From assembly GCA_009929735.1 (NCBI GenBank), contig RZZU01000012.1, positions 6,894 through 70,893 of the forward strand: 64,000 bases of DNA, written 5' to 3'. Under the pieces are notes generated by a model. That model was not told the DNA's origin. It ran no database searches and saw only the letters and a program-made list of their open reading frames with translations. The position numbers and the translations under genes are program-made. Positions within the stretch are counted from its first letter, which is position 1, and every line of letters begins with the position of its first letter. This document shows, one piece after another, positions 1 through 9,200 of this stretch. Origin of the DNA: Clostridia bacterium (GTDB lineage Bacteria > Bacillota > Clostridia > Lachnospirales > Anaerotignaceae).

Positions 1-340
1 AATGGATACTATAGGTAATGCCTACAATTAATTCTAATAGTACAACACCCGTAGTATAAGAACATACAATTACCAACTTATTTCCAAAGCTCCCCGAATA
101 TGGAATCATTATCACAAATGTCAATAATACCTGCGTTAGAATATTTGTTATGGGAGAAACTTGCCAAAAATATGTAATAGTTCCAATAACGAAATATAAT
201 ATATAAACTACTACTTTAATACCGCTTTTGCTGTTTACCGCTTTTCGTTTTAAAAATAAGCTGATTGCATTATTTAATGTGTATAGCGATAACAGATTTA
301 TGGCCATATACAAAACAACTTGAAACTCAACCGCTAACAT
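1..340 (-). CDS. Partial CDS: multi-TM N-terminus of a probable sensor histidine kinase paired with the upstream LytTR regulator (3' end lies outside the window)
   Basis: ATG at 340-338 directly abuts the regulator stop (343-341). My hand translation (MLAVEFQVVLYMAINLLSLYTLNNAISLFLKRK...VVVYILYFVIGTITYFWQV...) is hydrophobic and stays open to position 1. Kinase identity is inferred from operon position only; no catalytic domain is in the window. Confidence 0.35.
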   Translation of the reverse strand, partial: MLAVEFQVVLYMAINLLSLYTLNNAISLFLKRKAVNSKSGIKVVVYILYFVIGTITYFWQVSPITNILTQVLLTFVIMIPYSGSFGNKLVIVCSYTTGVVLLELIVGITYSIH

Positions 341-1066
341 CTACTCTCTGCTCCTTTTTTCAATATATTTTAAATACCTTTCTTGGGTATCGACTTTGTA
401 TCTTTTTCCAATATTATAAATTTTATTTGTTTTTCTAACAACAAGCATATCATCTGATTTTAAAGAAATATAACTTAAATTAAAGATATATGAACGATGG
501 GGCATAATAAACCGATCCATTCTTTCCAATTTTAACCATATGGCTGACAACGTATCATAAAAAGTGTCTTCGTAACCACCTGTATAAACAGTAACTTCAT
601 TACGTCTACTTTCAAAATATAAAATTTCTTTTATAGGAATATATTTCAATGTTCTTCCTTTTTTATAACTAAATATGGTTTCACAATCTTTTTTTAAAAT
701 ATTATATGCCTTTCGTAAGGCTTCTTCTAATTTTTCAGTTTTAAGAGGTTTATCAATAAACGCTATGGTTCTAAAATCAAATAACTCTTTTACTCTATCA
801 TCATAGCTAGAAATAAAAATAATTAAATTATCTTTACCCATTGAACGTATTCTGGTCGCTGTTTCTATTCCATCTATGCCATCCATTAAAATGTCAAGTA
901 AAATAACATCATACTGATTTTGGACTATATCATCACATAATTTTTCTCCGTTAGAAAATGGTACAATTTCAAAGTCTTCTTTCCATTTTTCTTCTATAGA
1001 ACTTAGGGCTTTCATTACTGTGTCCCTATCTATTTTCATATCATCACAATATGCTATTTTCAACAT
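341..1066 (-). CDS. LytTR-family two-component response regulator
   Basis: ORF 341-1117. The receiver-type start MLKIAYCDD (ATG 1066) has AAAGGA about 8 nt upstream, whereas the 1117 start is TTG with poor spacing. N-terminal CheY-like receiver (YDVILLDILMDGIDGIE) and C-terminal LytTR DNA-binding domain (IPIKEILYFESRRNEVTVYT...MPHRSYIFNL). Confidence 0.85.
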   Translation of the reverse strand: MLKIAYCDDMKIDRDTVMKALSSIEEKWKEDFEIVPFSNGEKLCDDIVQNQYDVILLDILMDGIDGIETATRIRSMGKDNLIIFISSYDDRVKELFDFRTIAFIDKPLKTEKLEEALRKAYNILKKDCETIFSYKKGRTLKYIPIKEILYFESRRNEVTVYTGGYEDTFYDTLSAIWLKLERMDRFIMPHRSYIFNLSYISLKSDDMLVVRKTNKIYNIGKRYKVDTQERYLKYIEKRSRE

Positions 1067-1290
1067 AACAATCATCCTTTTACTGTAACATTCTAATTTG
1101 CTGTCCATTTCCTCCAATAGAGACTTATATTTATCAATACGTTGATTGATATCTTGTGCTGTAATATGTAAATATGTTGCTAATCGTTCTAATTTTTTTA
1201 TAGCTCATTACTATGTTCCGCCATGAATTTCATTGCAGACGGCATTCAGGTCAGAGTTATCAATCTTATTTAACCAAAATTGGTTATGTT

Positions 1291-1770
1291 CTAAATTTGT
1301 TGTTTCCATAAATCAACACACCAGCCAAACTCCAGAATGTTAATAACCAGTCCAATCACAATATCATGCATCTCTTGTGTTTTAGAAAAGCAGATAGATT
1401 TCCGTGTTAATCTTTTAATTCGAGTTCTCAGAGTGAGATTTTTTCTTTCAATTGTTTGCGTGTTGCGTTTGCCAATTTGATGATTGATTTTTTCTAAGTT
1501 CCGCTGATAGCTACCCCAGTCATCTGTATAAAACATAGAAATGCCGAAAGGTTCTAGAATTGACTTAAACTCTCTAAAAACTTTATCTTTTCGTTTGCCA
1601 AAAGTATATGCCAGAATATCTCCCGTTTCGTGATTAATTGCAAGCCAAAGCCATCTCTGGTTACTTTTGTTTTGAACGAAACTCCACATTTCATCGAGTT
1701 CTGCACAATCAACTTGATTGTATAAAACGACATCAAACTGAACTTCATATAATTTATCTTGCTTTAACAT
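1291..1770 (-). CDS. insB: IS1 transposase catalytic part (InsB-like)
   Basis: MWSFVQNKSNQRWLWLAINHETGDILAYTFGKR...FYTDDWGSYQ...GKRNTQTIERKNLTLRTRIKRLTRKSICFSK matches my memory of the IS1 InsB region. The stop codon lies inside the left inverted repeat. Confidence 0.8.
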   Translation of the reverse strand: MLKQDKLYEVQFDVVLYNQVDCAELDEMWSFVQNKSNQRWLWLAINHETGDILAYTFGKRKDKVFREFKSILEPFGISMFYTDDWGSYQRNLEKINHQIGKRNTQTIERKNLTLRTRIKRLTRKSICFSKTQEMHDIVIGLVINILEFGWCVDLWKQQI

Positions 1771-1790
1771 GTAGTCAGTATTTATATTAT

Positions 1791-2060
1791 TTATCGAACA
1801 TTTTGTTTTTTTAAAGTTTTAATAACAGTATCCGTTGATATCCCTACAACACGAGATATGTCTCTTATTCCGCTTGCATTTGCAGTCATTTTTATGATCG
1901 TTTCTTCTGTTCCTGGTTTATATGCATTATATGTATACTCTAACAGAAAACTATCCTTGCAATCTTTGCATAAATATCTCTGCGTTCCCGTTGATGTTCG
2001 TCCGTATTTAATCACATGGGCACTCCAACATTTGGGACATTTCACTTCTATAATTGCCAT
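1791..2060 (-). CDS. insA: IS1 InsA-like zinc-finger/HTH protein
   Basis: CPKCWSAHVIKYGRTSTGTQRYLCKDCKDSF zinc finger followed by an HTH-like stretch (GIRDISRVVGISTDTVIK), the InsA layout. The 20-nt gap to insB is compatible with a frameshift-fused InsAB transposase as in IS1 (inference). Confidence 0.75.
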   Translation of the reverse strand: MAIIEVKCPKCWSAHVIKYGRTSTGTQRYLCKDCKDSFLLEYTYNAYKPGTEETIIKMTANASGIRDISRVVGISTDTVIKTLKKQNVR

Positions 2061-2119
2061 TTTTATCCCCTATATTTTTTTACTACATTATATCACAAAA
2101 ACAAGTTTAGAACATAACC

Positions 2120-2403
2120 GATCTCAGTATACTGCTTTTACTTTCCGGCAGCTTCTGGATTCTCACAATGTCGTTCAGTCATTTTCAAAAAAGGGATATC
2201 CTTTCGATAATGCCTGCTGCGAATGTTTCTTCAAATATCTTAAGAAAGAAGAAACGAACAGAAAGACTTATCACTCCCTTAAAGAGCTGCAATTATCAGT
2301 CTTTGAGTATATTGAAGGATTCTACAACTCCAGAAGGCCACATGGCACACTTGGAGTGTTAACACCTAACGAAAAGGAAGAACTCTTCTGGGGACAGGCT
2401 TAG
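2120..2403 (+). pseudogene. 3' fragment of an IS3-family transposase (OrfB, rve integrase-core C-terminus) truncated by the IS1 insertion
   Basis: Immediately after the IS1 right end the + frame reads RSQYTAFTFRQLLDSHNVVQSFSKKGYPFDNACCECFFKYLKKEE...FYNSRRPHGTLGVLTPNEKEE. This is the DRGSQYTS...G.P.DNA..E.FF..LK.E...YN..R.H..LG..P pattern of IS3 OrfB C-termini. No upstream half is found on the other side of the IS1. Confidence 0.7.
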
Positions 2404-2554
2404 TGATCTGTTCTCAGAAAGTTTTCTTTAATAATTGTGTCTACTTGCTTGACTATGATCCACCTTTGCTCGGATAATTCACTACTCATAATGCACAGTT
2501 CAAAAAACAAACTTCTACATACTTATATTTAAAACGAAATTATACGACTTTATT

Positions 2555-2595
2555 ATTTCCTCACTTACCTATTTCCTCACTTACCTATTTCCTCA
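2555..2595. repeat. 16-bp tandem direct repeat ATTTCCTCACTTACCT, about 2.5 copies
   Basis: Read directly: copies at 2555-2570 and 2571-2586, plus a partial copy at 2587-2595. Confidence 0.9.
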
Positions 2596-2846
2596 AAAGC
2601 GCTTTGCATACCCACATCATAGGCAAAACTCCTAGCTAGATTGCGTGCTGAAAACCCTTTGCAAAGCGCCTGCGCTCGTTAACCGGATAGAATTTGAGAA
2701 AGCGGCGTTTGAAAAATTTTTCCCAGTGCAATATCACCTCAGTTATCCTGACAGCATGGTACTACAGTACCATCGCTCGGTACGGCCATCTGGTTACATG
2801 TCCATGCAAGTTGCAAATCTGCAGATTGTTTGCCACAATAATATAC
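2585..2846 (-). pseudogene. Decayed C-terminal fragment of a radical-SAM SPASM-domain protein
   Basis: Minus-strand hand translation gives ...CGKQSADLQLAWTCNQMAVPSDGTVVPCCQDN*GDIALGKIFQTPLSQILSG*RAQALCKGF... It resembles the SPASM C-terminal pattern (C..PW....DG.V.PCC.D..G...LGN......I.....A...R) but has two in-frame stops and no N-terminal part. The stretch is visibly GC-richer than its surroundings. Confidence 0.35.
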
Positions 2847-2869
2847 TGTAACTTATACCTTTCACTTAT

Positions 2870-3946
2870 TTAAGAAAAGATTTTATGTAATATTATATAT
2901 CTATGTTCAGCGGCAGCATGCATAAATCTAACCCAGTTAGAATTTTCAAAATTATTATTTGTAATAAAAGTATGATAATTGCTTATTTTTTCCTGATATC
3001 TTTCTACAAAATTCCACCAAGGTATTTTCTGTGCAAGAACTGCTTCTCTGAACCATTTTCTAGGTTGATAATCCAATTCTTGATCCTCTTGGCAAAAATC
3101 ATAGAATTCAAAAAAGTTATTATTAATCGAACTAAGCCAATTATTATGTCTATCTAGTGCATCGCCTTCGAACTCTAGTACAATAACAAATTTATCTTGG
3201 TAGTATTCAAATGGTTTGGGGTTAATATTGTTACTATTTTTCAAATAAGGATTGTTTTCTATATACTGAATAAGAAACTCATAAATATCTCTTAACGCAG
3301 GAATAAAGCGTTCTTTTAAGTTGTCAATTTCATATTTTTGATTTTCCCGTGCATAACACCAATTTAAGTACGGGATATCAGGATTAGTAAGAACTTCTCC
3401 ATGTCCAACATTCAAAAATTTGGTATTCTTACCGATTAAAGTTAAAACTCTTCCCTTTAAGCAATCCCAAAATTTTTTATGTTTTTCTCCACATATCAAA
3501 TCAACATTATTATATGAATTCCAAAACCCTTTAAAGTCTTGATGAGAATAAGTATCAGCAAAACAGTGCAATGCAATACCTAAACGGTACAATGCTAAAG
3601 AAGATTTTGATACAGCCATAACATTATTTAATAAATACTGCAACACTTCTGAATTTGTTCTCGTAATTTGAGATTCCTCATTTTTTATTTCAATACGAGA
3701 AGGTAAGAAATGATATGGCATCCATACTTCCAAAGAATTATTTATATCAAAGTTCTTCTCTGTTTCTGGTGGATGCGCAGTTTGTATTTGTTGGAATGCA
3801 CATCCGTTTTTGAAAACCAAAGCATGACCATAGATAGCATCGTCAACTTGCTGCGATGCATAAGCGACAATCTCCGCATAAGTACTTTTCATTCCCGCTA
3901 TTCGACACAAAACATAAATTCCAGTATGATGAAGATCAATTTGCAT
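2870..3946 (-). CDS. Hypothetical 358-aa His-rich protein, possibly a metal-dependent hydrolase (zinc phospholipase C / P1-nuclease-like)
   Basis: Clean ORF with AAGGAG 8 nt before the ATG. His/Asp motifs: MQIDLHHTGIY, HPPE, ALHCFADTYSHQDF, VGHGEVLTNPDIPY. The fold assignment is a guess from motif style only. Confidence 0.55.
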   Translation of the reverse strand: MQIDLHHTGIYVLCRIAGMKSTYAEIVAYASQQVDDAIYGHALVFKNGCAFQQIQTAHPPETEKNFDINNSLEVWMPYHFLPSRIEIKNEESQITRTNSEVLQYLLNNVMAVSKSSLALYRLGIALHCFADTYSHQDFKGFWNSYNNVDLICGEKHKKFWDCLKGRVLTLIGKNTKFLNVGHGEVLTNPDIPYLNWCYARENQKYEIDNLKERFIPALRDIYEFLIQYIENNPYLKNSNNINPKPFEYYQDKFVIVLEFEGDALDRHNNWLSSINNNFFEFYDFCQEDQELDYQPRKWFREAVLAQKIPWWNFVERYQEKISNYHTFITNNNFENSNWVRFMHAAAEHRYIILHKIFS

Positions 3947-4297
3947 ATTAATTCTCCTTAAATATATTCTTCAAAATATTGTTCATAGTAAGTACTGCAC
4001 AATGTTAGTCTAATCGATATCAAGCGTACAGCTAACCAATTCCTTCTCCATATATTTAAAAGACTCTTCTACAACAGCTCGAATATCTTCTACTTTAGTT
4101 TTTAGCATCAGGCCCTTGTAACGCTGTTTACGTTAATTGCTTTGATCGAAAAGCATTATATTTATTTCTGCTGTGTTTTTTTAATGGCATCGGAAAACTT
4201 TAATAAATTATCTTTTAAGACGTCTTTATTCATATGCACACTCCCCAATTTAATCATTACCTTAATATAGCTTTCTCAATACTGAAATCTGGATATT

Positions 4298-4786
4298 TCA
4301 CTTCAACTTTTCCACACAGTCCAAAACCATGTGCCCATTGTTAGAAAAAACATTAATAGAAATTTCCAAATTAATACTGCTACCTCCAATAATAATTAAT
4401 ATAGGTTCAGGACATTTTAATTTTTTATCTTTTGATAGTGAAATCATTTGGTTAATATCCGTATTGCTAGGAACTGCAGAAGCATTAGGATGATAATGCC
4501 ATTCCCCCAAATAATATTGTCCGCTCTTCCATGCTGTATCCAACGTTTGTTGCAATCCACTGCATCCTCTCCAAAAATTATGTTTTGCATATATAGAGTT
4601 TTTAGGTGGTGGTGTTGCTTGTAAAATATTAGCCATCATTTGATTGGAAGAATAGTCTCCAATTAAAATGCCTCCTGTTTCATAAGGATTAGATATTGCA
4701 CAATAATGGATCATTTGCTTATACGCCTTTTTTATGAGATTAACACTAAGTGATTGATTTGTATATTGAAAATATAAATTATCCAT
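4298..4786 (-). CDS. cap3: CBASS Cap3: JAB/JAMM (MPN+) isopeptidase
   Basis: JAMM motif EWHYHPNASAVPSNTD (HxHx7Sx2D) and an upstream ETGG. ATG 4786 overlaps the cap2 stop (4779-4781) by 8 nt. The longer 4852 start would overlap cap2 by 74 nt. Confidence 0.85.
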   Translation of the reverse strand: MDNLYFQYTNQSLSVNLIKKAYKQMIHYCAISNPYETGGILIGDYSSNQMMANILQATPPPKNSIYAKHNFWRGCSGLQQTLDTAWKSGQYYLGEWHYHPNASAVPSNTDINQMISLSKDKKLKCPEPILIIIGGSSINLEISINVFSNNGHMVLDCVEKLK

Positions 4787-6599
4787 GTTCTTTTTTATCC
4801 ACCACCTCATAACCTTCAAAAATTCCATCACTTTCTCTTTGCTCATAAACAAGAGAAAGTGTCCTTAGGGATTTTGATATAATATAATTTTCAATTGCTT
4901 TTACGGAAGTTGCAGCTGCAAGCCAAACATCATCACTTCTCCCTGGAAATGTTGGATGCCAACAGCCAATACCATTTCTCGGCAAGTCGAATTCCGCATA
5001 TAGTTTTTTTTCGTTCTGTAGATATGTAGAAATCAATTCATAAAAAACAGTGAAATTAAAATCATTTCCGCTCATCATCGTAATATATAAATGTTTTGCT
5101 CCCAAACCGACTGATACGGACGCTAGAATATGACTCTTTCTAAAATCAACATCTTGAAAAATATCAAGGACACTATTCTCTCCCGTACAATCAATAATTA
5201 TATCATATCTATCTAAGTCAATATTAGTTTTAAATTCTTCGTCAATCGAAAGCGTATGGTTTATTACCTCAACATTTGCATGTGGATTTAGGGAATTAAG
5301 ATGATTACGTAATGATAATTCTTTAATTTCACCAATATTGTTTAGATTTAGAACGTGGCGAGATAAATTTCCGACTTCAAATATATCATAATCTATTATT
5401 GTGAGATTATAGACTCCTGACCGTACAAATATTTCTGCCATTGATGCACCAATACACCCTACTCCAACAATCAACATCTTTTTTCTAAGGAAAAAATCGT
5501 TCATTTTACCCCTTTGTGATATTTCTTGTGGGTTCCAGTTTTCCGAAACAATCCAGTCTAACTTTGTTTTTCGATTTAACACTTCAATTTTGTCACGCAA
5601 CCACCAACCCTGCTCATTTGTTCTGAAACCATTTGCTGTCTTATTACCGTATGACAAAACTGGTAAATACAACGCCTTCCAAAAAACAATCTCAGGGTCT
5701 CCGCCAAAAACTTTTGGAATAGGAAAACCAAGTAAAAGTAAATGACGTCTTCCATCGCGAATTTTTGAAACAACATTTTTCAAAACACTCATAATGTCAA
5801 TGTGTTGACTATTGCATGCATCTATTAAATCGCCAAAAGTTTCTGGTGCTTGCCACTCATTAATTACTGGAAGCTGATTCAAAAGTATCCATGGAGTACT
5901 AATCAGAGGGGATATAACCGATTTTGAAAGATGGTTACCCCATTGTGTGTAGTGCTCAATGTTGCTATTTAATGACTTAAATGACTTTACATAATACACA
6001 AACGGTTTTCTTTTATAAATATCTAATTCTGCGATTCCATATCTACATTCAGTACTTTCCCATTGCATGAAAGTAACAACATCTTCTGAAAAAGCAAATT
6101 TCATCTCCAATATTTTGCTCAAAGTAAATTCAGGCAATTCAAATGGCTCATAATCTGAAACCAATTTACCTTTTGCAGCTGCCTCAAGCCAGTTAAGTGC
6201 CCGTTTCACATGATAAAGCAAACGTTCATCAACATTATGTGGCTCTGACTGGAAATCAGATATCGTATTTACCTCAAGACACAATGCTCCTTTTCTCCAT
6301 AAACCATTCTTTTCAACTTTAGAGTTGTTAGACTGGTGATATAAGGTCACGTTTATACTATTTACTACATCAGGATACACCTTAATACTGCCTTTTGGGT
6401 ATTCAGATTCTGCAACAATATACCACTGAGATAGTTGTGGGAAATACGGTGTTTCATATTCAACAGATATCCCTAAATGTAAAAACCAAATTTTCAATTC
6501 GTTATCAAATTTCCAATCATCTATTATCTCAACCTGAGATAACGAATCCAACGCCCTTCTAGCCTGATTTAATTTATCAATAATTCGTTTACCTTCCAT
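4779..6599 (-). CDS. cap2: CBASS Cap2: E2-like / E1-like (ThiF adenylation) fusion protein
   Basis: 606 aa. ThiF/E1 Rossmann motif MLIVGVGCIGASMAEIFVRSGVYNLTIIDYDIFEVGNLSRH in the C-terminal half and a long N-terminal E2-like region. Sits between a CD-NTase gene and a JAB gene. Confidence 0.85.
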   Translation of the reverse strand: MEGKRIIDKLNQARRALDSLSQVEIIDDWKFDNELKIWFLHLGISVEYETPYFPQLSQWYIVAESEYPKGSIKVYPDVVNSINVTLYHQSNNSKVEKNGLWRKGALCLEVNTISDFQSEPHNVDERLLYHVKRALNWLEAAAKGKLVSDYEPFELPEFTLSKILEMKFAFSEDVVTFMQWESTECRYGIAELDIYKRKPFVYYVKSFKSLNSNIEHYTQWGNHLSKSVISPLISTPWILLNQLPVINEWQAPETFGDLIDACNSQHIDIMSVLKNVVSKIRDGRRHLLLLGFPIPKVFGGDPEIVFWKALYLPVLSYGNKTANGFRTNEQGWWLRDKIEVLNRKTKLDWIVSENWNPQEISQRGKMNDFFLRKKMLIVGVGCIGASMAEIFVRSGVYNLTIIDYDIFEVGNLSRHVLNLNNIGEIKELSLRNHLNSLNPHANVEVINHTLSIDEEFKTNIDLDRYDIIIDCTGENSVLDIFQDVDFRKSHILASVSVGLGAKHLYITMMSGNDFNFTVFYELISTYLQNEKKLYAEFDLPRNGIGCWHPTFPGRSDDVWLAAATSVKAIENYIISKSLRTLSLVYEQRESDGIFEGYEVVDKKEHG

Positions 6600-7709
6600 T
6601 TATGCAAATCTTCCTTCTGGAATAGCGGTTGACTTTTCGGTACGAGTTGTAAAGCCTGTTGCAGAATTAGATTTTGAAGGTTCTGGAGCAGATGGGAATT
6701 GGCTACCAAACAATCTTCTCCATTCACAAACACTTTTGTATAGTTCTTCACAATCAAAAGCGTCACGAGCTATTGAGGCAGCTTCACAAACAGTGTCATA
6801 GAAGTCAGAATATTCTTCATCCGTTATTCTTGAAAAAACATCGTGTTCAGGAACACCCCTATCAGCTAAAAAAGGTTTACCTTGATATTGAGCAACTATG
6901 TTTTCCAGTGTCAGTACAACACCTTCAGCAACACTATTAATATCATCTGGACAGCAATCACCAATAAAATGTTCCAAAGGATAACTCTTTGGATGTTTCA
7001 TCTCCGGATATTGTGTTTTACGCCACCACTTCAATGCCTTAACGACATTTATATAATGGGTATTACAATTCTTGTTTTTCTCAACAGTCCACCTGATTTG
7101 CTCAAGTGGATGCGTTTTATCCCATTTTTCGGCTTCACGGTCAGGAATTAGAAGAGGTTCGGATTTCCATTGAGGTTCGCTATCTGTTTTGGAAAATATG
7201 TTATAAGCACTTTCAAACAAGATATTATCAAATGATTGTGTAAGTAACTTTTGTTGGAAGTCTTCAATTGTATATTCAGAAATAATAGCCTCGTCTTGCA
7301 GCACACCCGATTCGCTTTCACTTGGAGCAGAAGTAGGTACAATATCCAAATCAACATAACTTAAACTTATACCAATTGACCTGCCTTGAATTCTATATTT
7401 GTCTTTATAGTGCTTATCTAAAAAAGGAACAAATAAATTTAATGCTTCTTCTGGTGTAAATTCTTCTGAGTCTAATTTTGTTACCACAATAACATCGACA
7501 TCTGATTTGCTACCATTTTTAGGCTTTACTGCTGTAGAACGGCGATAACTTCCCTGCAAAAAAGTGCTAATAATAATTTTTGATAATATTTCATCTTCCT
7601 CTAATCTTTTTCTTAATGTTGTATGTCCTGTTTTCAAATCATTTACTTGATTATCAGACAAACGAATATTAGATAGGAAATCTTTAAAATATGACGGTAC
7701 AGCAGACAT
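6600..7709 (-). CDS. CBASS cyclic oligonucleotide synthase (CD-NTase / SMODS nucleotidyltransferase)
   Basis: Pol-beta-type NTase signature QGSYRRSTA...SDVDVIVV (GS...DxD) with a third acidic residue in VDLDIVP. 369 aa. The stop abuts the cap2 start. Confidence 0.85.
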   Translation of the reverse strand: MSAVPSYFKDFLSNIRLSDNQVNDLKTGHTTLRKRLEEDEILSKIIISTFLQGSYRRSTAVKPKNGSKSDVDVIVVTKLDSEEFTPEEALNLFVPFLDKHYKDKYRIQGRSIGISLSYVDLDIVPTSAPSESESGVLQDEAIISEYTIEDFQQKLLTQSFDNILFESAYNIFSKTDSEPQWKSEPLLIPDREAEKWDKTHPLEQIRWTVEKNKNCNTHYINVVKALKWWRKTQYPEMKHPKSYPLEHFIGDCCPDDINSVAEGVVLTLENIVAQYQGKPFLADRGVPEHDVFSRITDEEYSDFYDTVCEAASIARDAFDCEELYKSVCEWRRLFGSQFPSAPEPSKSNSATGFTTRTEKSTAIPEGRFA

Positions 7710-7722
7710 AAATAATCCTCCT

Positions 7723-9114
7723 TTAATTTGTAAAATCTATTGACGGTAAATATGAGCAAGTATTTCGTTGCTCTAAATCATATTCGTACAAAACACATTT
7801 ACCAAAGCCTCGTGAATTTTGTCCTAAGAAAAACATAAATGCGTTTGGTGCAGAAGCAAAAATATGTAGTGTTGCTCGTCGTTCTAAAGTAGTCCTTTGT
7901 ATTATGGCGTTATAAACAGAATTAGCAAGAGTCGCTGCATGGGTTCCATCTTCTATTGAAAAGTTTGTTGCACCAGCTTCATTTGGTGTACAGTTAATGA
8001 TACGTCCAATTGATAGATTGTTTTTTTTAATAAATTCAATCACGTCACTGTAAATGCTGCGGCTGACATTTAGTATTAATGCAGAATCGTATTGATTTTC
8101 ATTAAATATTTCATGTGAAATATCCCAATTAGAGTAGTTACCCTTAGATGACAGTTTCACATCCCATAATACCGTTCCATTTGTTGCTGATTTTTGTATC
8201 GGAAAAACATTGATACCTGATTTGCTATCGAGAATTCTTCCCGATGCAAAAGCTAAAGATGCATGCGTATCCAAAAATATTTGAAAAGCTTGTTCATTGC
8301 TTGTGTTTGTCAGAAGAAATTGTTCTAAATTTTTATAAACATTCTCTTTCCAATCATATCCATCTCTTATATAACGACCATCAAACATATCAATTAATAA
8401 CAAACAGCTTCTTGTTGTATCTTCCAATTTTTCCGCTCCACGAGCAAAACTTTTAACACCAATAGATATTCTTTTAGGAGAATACTTATCGGCTACAAGA
8501 AAAATACGTTTTTCCAATTCTTCGTTAAAAACTTTTTTGTCAATACCTTTGCCATGGGTTGAAGAAATCATTTGGTCGTTTATAGTAGCAGAAGCAATTA
8601 ACCTAATTTGTTCAAACGTCATCCAGTGCTCATTGTATGAAACATATCTAAATAGAGAGTCTCTTACGATCTGTTCTAATATCCCAATTTCGAATGGAAT
8701 GCGTTTAAATCCTATTTTTCTCCCTTTGATAATACTTGTATCAAACCCATTTAGTGATGCTTTTGCTGTATCATCTAATTTATCACTTTTAAACTTTTCA
8801 ATTGAATTAATAAAAGTTATAGCATCTTTATCACATTGACCTATTAAAAACAGCTCAAACTCGTTTGAACCAACATCATCTTTAATAAGATCTCCTAACC
8901 ATTTTTGTAGTGATTTCTTGCTAAAAGTATTGATCGTAGATTTTACTTGAATACTTTTAAAAATTTTATTATTTTTCTCTAATGCAATATCAATTTTGTC
9001 ATCATCAGAATCAAACTCTATGTAAATACAATCCCAATTTTGCTGACATAATGCCTCTAAAACGGATGCAAACGCTTGGTATAAATATCCGCGTGAACCT
9101 TCTTTTCCTCCCAT
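7723..9114 (-). CDS. cap4: CBASS effector Cap4: N-terminal restriction-endonuclease-like nuclease (DUF4297 type) fused to a C-terminal SAVED sensor domain
   Basis: N-terminus GGKEGSRGYLYQAFASVLEAL...IEFDSDDDKIDIAL...IQVKS (D...QxK nuclease core). C-terminus ...ATLHIFASAPNAFMFFLGQNSRGFGKCVLYEYD is typical of SAVED domain ends. Confidence 0.8.
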   Translation of the reverse strand: MGGKEGSRGYLYQAFASVLEALCQQNWDCIYIEFDSDDDKIDIALEKNNKIFKSIQVKSTINTFSKKSLQKWLGDLIKDDVGSNEFELFLIGQCDKDAITFINSIEKFKSDKLDDTAKASLNGFDTSIIKGRKIGFKRIPFEIGILEQIVRDSLFRYVSYNEHWMTFEQIRLIASATINDQMISSTHGKGIDKKVFNEELEKRIFLVADKYSPKRISIGVKSFARGAEKLEDTTRSCLLLIDMFDGRYIRDGYDWKENVYKNLEQFLLTNTSNEQAFQIFLDTHASLAFASGRILDSKSGINVFPIQKSATNGTVLWDVKLSSKGNYSNWDISHEIFNENQYDSALILNVSRSIYSDVIEFIKKNNLSIGRIINCTPNEAGATNFSIEDGTHAATLANSVYNAIIQRTTLERRATLHIFASAPNAFMFFLGQNSRGFGKCVLYEYDLEQRNTCSYLPSIDFTN

Positions 9115-9170
9115 ATGTCATTCACCTCTATTATTTAAATTTAATTTTTTCATATCTAATTACCTAATTG

Positions 9171-9199
9171 TTCATAGCTAACATTTAGGTGTCGGTCAA
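9171..9199 (-). promoter_or_regulatory. Candidate sigma-A promoter for the CBASS operon (TTGACC-17-TATGAA)
   Basis: Read on the minus strand: -35 at 9199-9194, 17-nt spacer, -10 at 9176-9171, about 55 nt upstream of the cap4 ATG. The -10 lacks the final T, so it is weak or uncertain. Confidence 0.3.
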
Positions 9200-9200
9200 C

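Larger units (their letters stand above)
1282..2119 (-). mobile_element. IS1-family insertion sequence (838 bp), apparently intact
   Basis: Terminal inverted repeats GGTTATGTTCTAAA (1282-1295) and TTTAGAACATAACC (2106-2119), extending imperfectly to about 23 bp, bracket InsA-like and InsB-like ORFs. No matching 8-9 bp target duplication is visible in the flanks. Confidence 0.8.

Noticed and set aside
1067-1281. In-frame extension upstream of the response regulator, and an A7 tract at about 1190 that could fuse a short ATG-initiated ORF to it
   Set aside because: Receiver domains normally start at the MLKIAYCDD-type position, which has its own SD. The upstream frame has no canonical start. 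The frameshift idea is pure speculation.
1858-2403. A 181-aa plus-strand ORF that looks like a single gene
   Set aside because: It is a chimera. Its first part is the antisense of IS1 insA plus the IS1 inverted repeat. Only the part after 2119 has transposase (IS3 OrfB) character.
2555-2595. Tandem 16-bp repeat considered as a mini CRISPR array or iteron set
   Set aside because: The copies are directly adjacent with no spacers, only 2.5 copies are present, and there are no cas or rep genes nearby.
2596-2773. GC-rich stretch with the inverted repeat GCGCTTTGCA/TGCAAAGCGC and the palindrome ATGGTACT-AC-AGTACCAT (2756-2773); considered as a riboswitch, group II intron fragment or retron-like ncRNA
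   Set aside because: The minus strand translates into a SPASM-domain-like fragment with in-frame stops, which explains the composition. There is no GUGYG 5' end, no domain V-like sequence and no RT gene nearby. The 68-aa plus-strand ORF (2645-2851) has no recognisable features.
3990-4240. Two short minus-strand ORFs (MNKDVLKDNLLKFSDAIKKTQQK and MLKTKVEDIRAVVEESFKYMEKELVSCTLDID) between the His-rich gene and cap3
   Set aside because: They are too short, lie in different frames, and have no recognisable family. Probably remnants of one decayed small gene; not supportable as features.
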